Assembly (NCBI GenBank): GCA_043228905.1
Contig: JBHGNT010001339.1
Coordinates: 1 to 9,724 of the forward strand
Length of the DNA: 9,724 nt
Source of the DNA: Azolla caroliniana
Taxonomy: Eukaryota; Plantae; Polypodiophyta
Reading direction: 5' to 3'
Part shown: one piece after another, positions 9,263 to 9,724 of the stretch
Position numbering within the stretch: the first letter of the stretch is position 1
Layout of the letters: each line of letters begins with the position of its first letter
Made by a program: the position numbers and the translations under genes
The notes under the pieces: model-generated
The model's database searches: none
Seen by the model: only the letters and a program-made list of their open reading frames with translations
Told to the model about the DNA's origin: nothing

Positions 9263-9456
9263 GATTGAAGGACAGCTTGTTTGTGAGAAGGTTCCACTCT
9301 TCCCTGTAATTCAGCTATGGCGTGTCTCCATGTGACATTGTTGCAGAAACGAGAACTGAATATCGGCGTCTTAACCTCCTTGTTGGGAAACCGCTCTTCC
9401 TCAGGTGATGATGTAGAAGAAGAATCTCTCTTTTGAATGATAACGTACCGATCCAT
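9241..9456 (-). CDS. WD40 gene, first coding exon (72 aa, MDRYVIIQKR...LQSMLRSFSE)
   Basis: ATG at 9456-9454 in the context GACATGG, just downstream of a CTT/CGT-rich leader. Open for 216 nt to the donor GAG|GTATTT (phase 0). GC content is higher than in the following intron. Confidence 0.75.
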
Positions 9457-9510
9457 GTCGCCGAAACACAGAGAGAGCTCGGGATATCCGGCTGCGTTTC
9501 TCTGCAACAG

Positions 9511-9555
9511 AAGAAGAAGAAGAAGAAGAAGAAGAAGGAGACGACGACGACGACG
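9511..9555. repeat. Compound microsatellite (AAG)9 GAG (ACG)5 in the probable 5' UTR
   Basis: Reads (CGT)5 CTC (CTT)9 on the gene strand, 55-99 nt upstream of the ATG; typical of plant leaders. Confidence 0.92.
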
Positions 9556-9586
9556 AAACGAAGCAGACGAATGAAAGAAAGAAAAG

Positions 9587-9595
9587 GGCGGGAAA
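9587..9595 (-). promoter_or_regulatory. E2F/DP consensus site TTTCCCGCC
   Basis: GGCGGGAAA on the plus strand, about 130 bp upstream of the ATG; exact match to the established E2F motif. Confidence 0.55.
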
Positions 9596-9724
9596 TTTTG
9601 GGAGGGTTTTGGGAAATTTACGAGAATGCCCCTGCGATCCATTTTCTCCAAATTCCCGAAATGCCCCTGAAAGCTTCCTTTTCATTCCATTTTCTCGGGA
9701 GAAAGGCGTGGGTGCTCTTCCTGT

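Larger units (their letters stand above)
927..9456 (-). other. Multi-exon gene for a WD40-repeat protein (5' part; 3' exons lie beyond position 1)
   Basis: Manual splicing of GT-AG exons gives a stop-free, phase-consistent chain: (R)PHITGLEFDSK|GVYLASVNSTGSLAIHDFESLYYHAQ|GSIKDTTMPVMQLSLCRKLEAVSWNPKNQDE|VACVATWGGKVYVYDISCVTDVPSQ|VLKVKSTVAKSMESTGLLDVTFSKLHEN|RVIACGKHGEIYVWDRRASNVSQSTFSCQQGGHLTNLALARDEQ. It shows three WD40-type blades ending IHD, VYD and VWD. Confidence 0.88.

Noticed and set aside
9401-9685. 94-aa serine-rich ORF
   Set aside because: An alternative frame over the leader microsatellite, with no protein-family signal.

Overview
Eukaryotic, AT-rich, intron-dominated DNA, most likely a land plant (inferred from GT-AG introns, a Ty1/copia element with a tRNA-iMet PBS, and a CTT-rich leader). 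The window holds the 5' part of one multi-exon minus-strand gene that the ORF track almost entirely misses. It has an ATG at 9456, and six downstream exons splice in frame (6531-6498, 6212-6134, 6007-5916, 2740-2666, 1238-1153, 1056-927). At least one more exon is needed between exon 1 and these. The product is a WD40-repeat protein with a WDxR (DWD-like) motif, and the gene continues past position 1. Its 3175-bp intron carries a structurally complete 1075-bp copia-derived LTR element in antisense orientation (two LTRs, PBS, PPT, perfect ATCTT target-site duplication) whose only coding remnant is RNase H. Other items are a decayed tRNA-Cys-like sequence, several short tandem duplications (one copies the exon-1 donor site), microsatellites and a canonical E2F site upstream of the ATG. 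No prokaryotic-type system is present.
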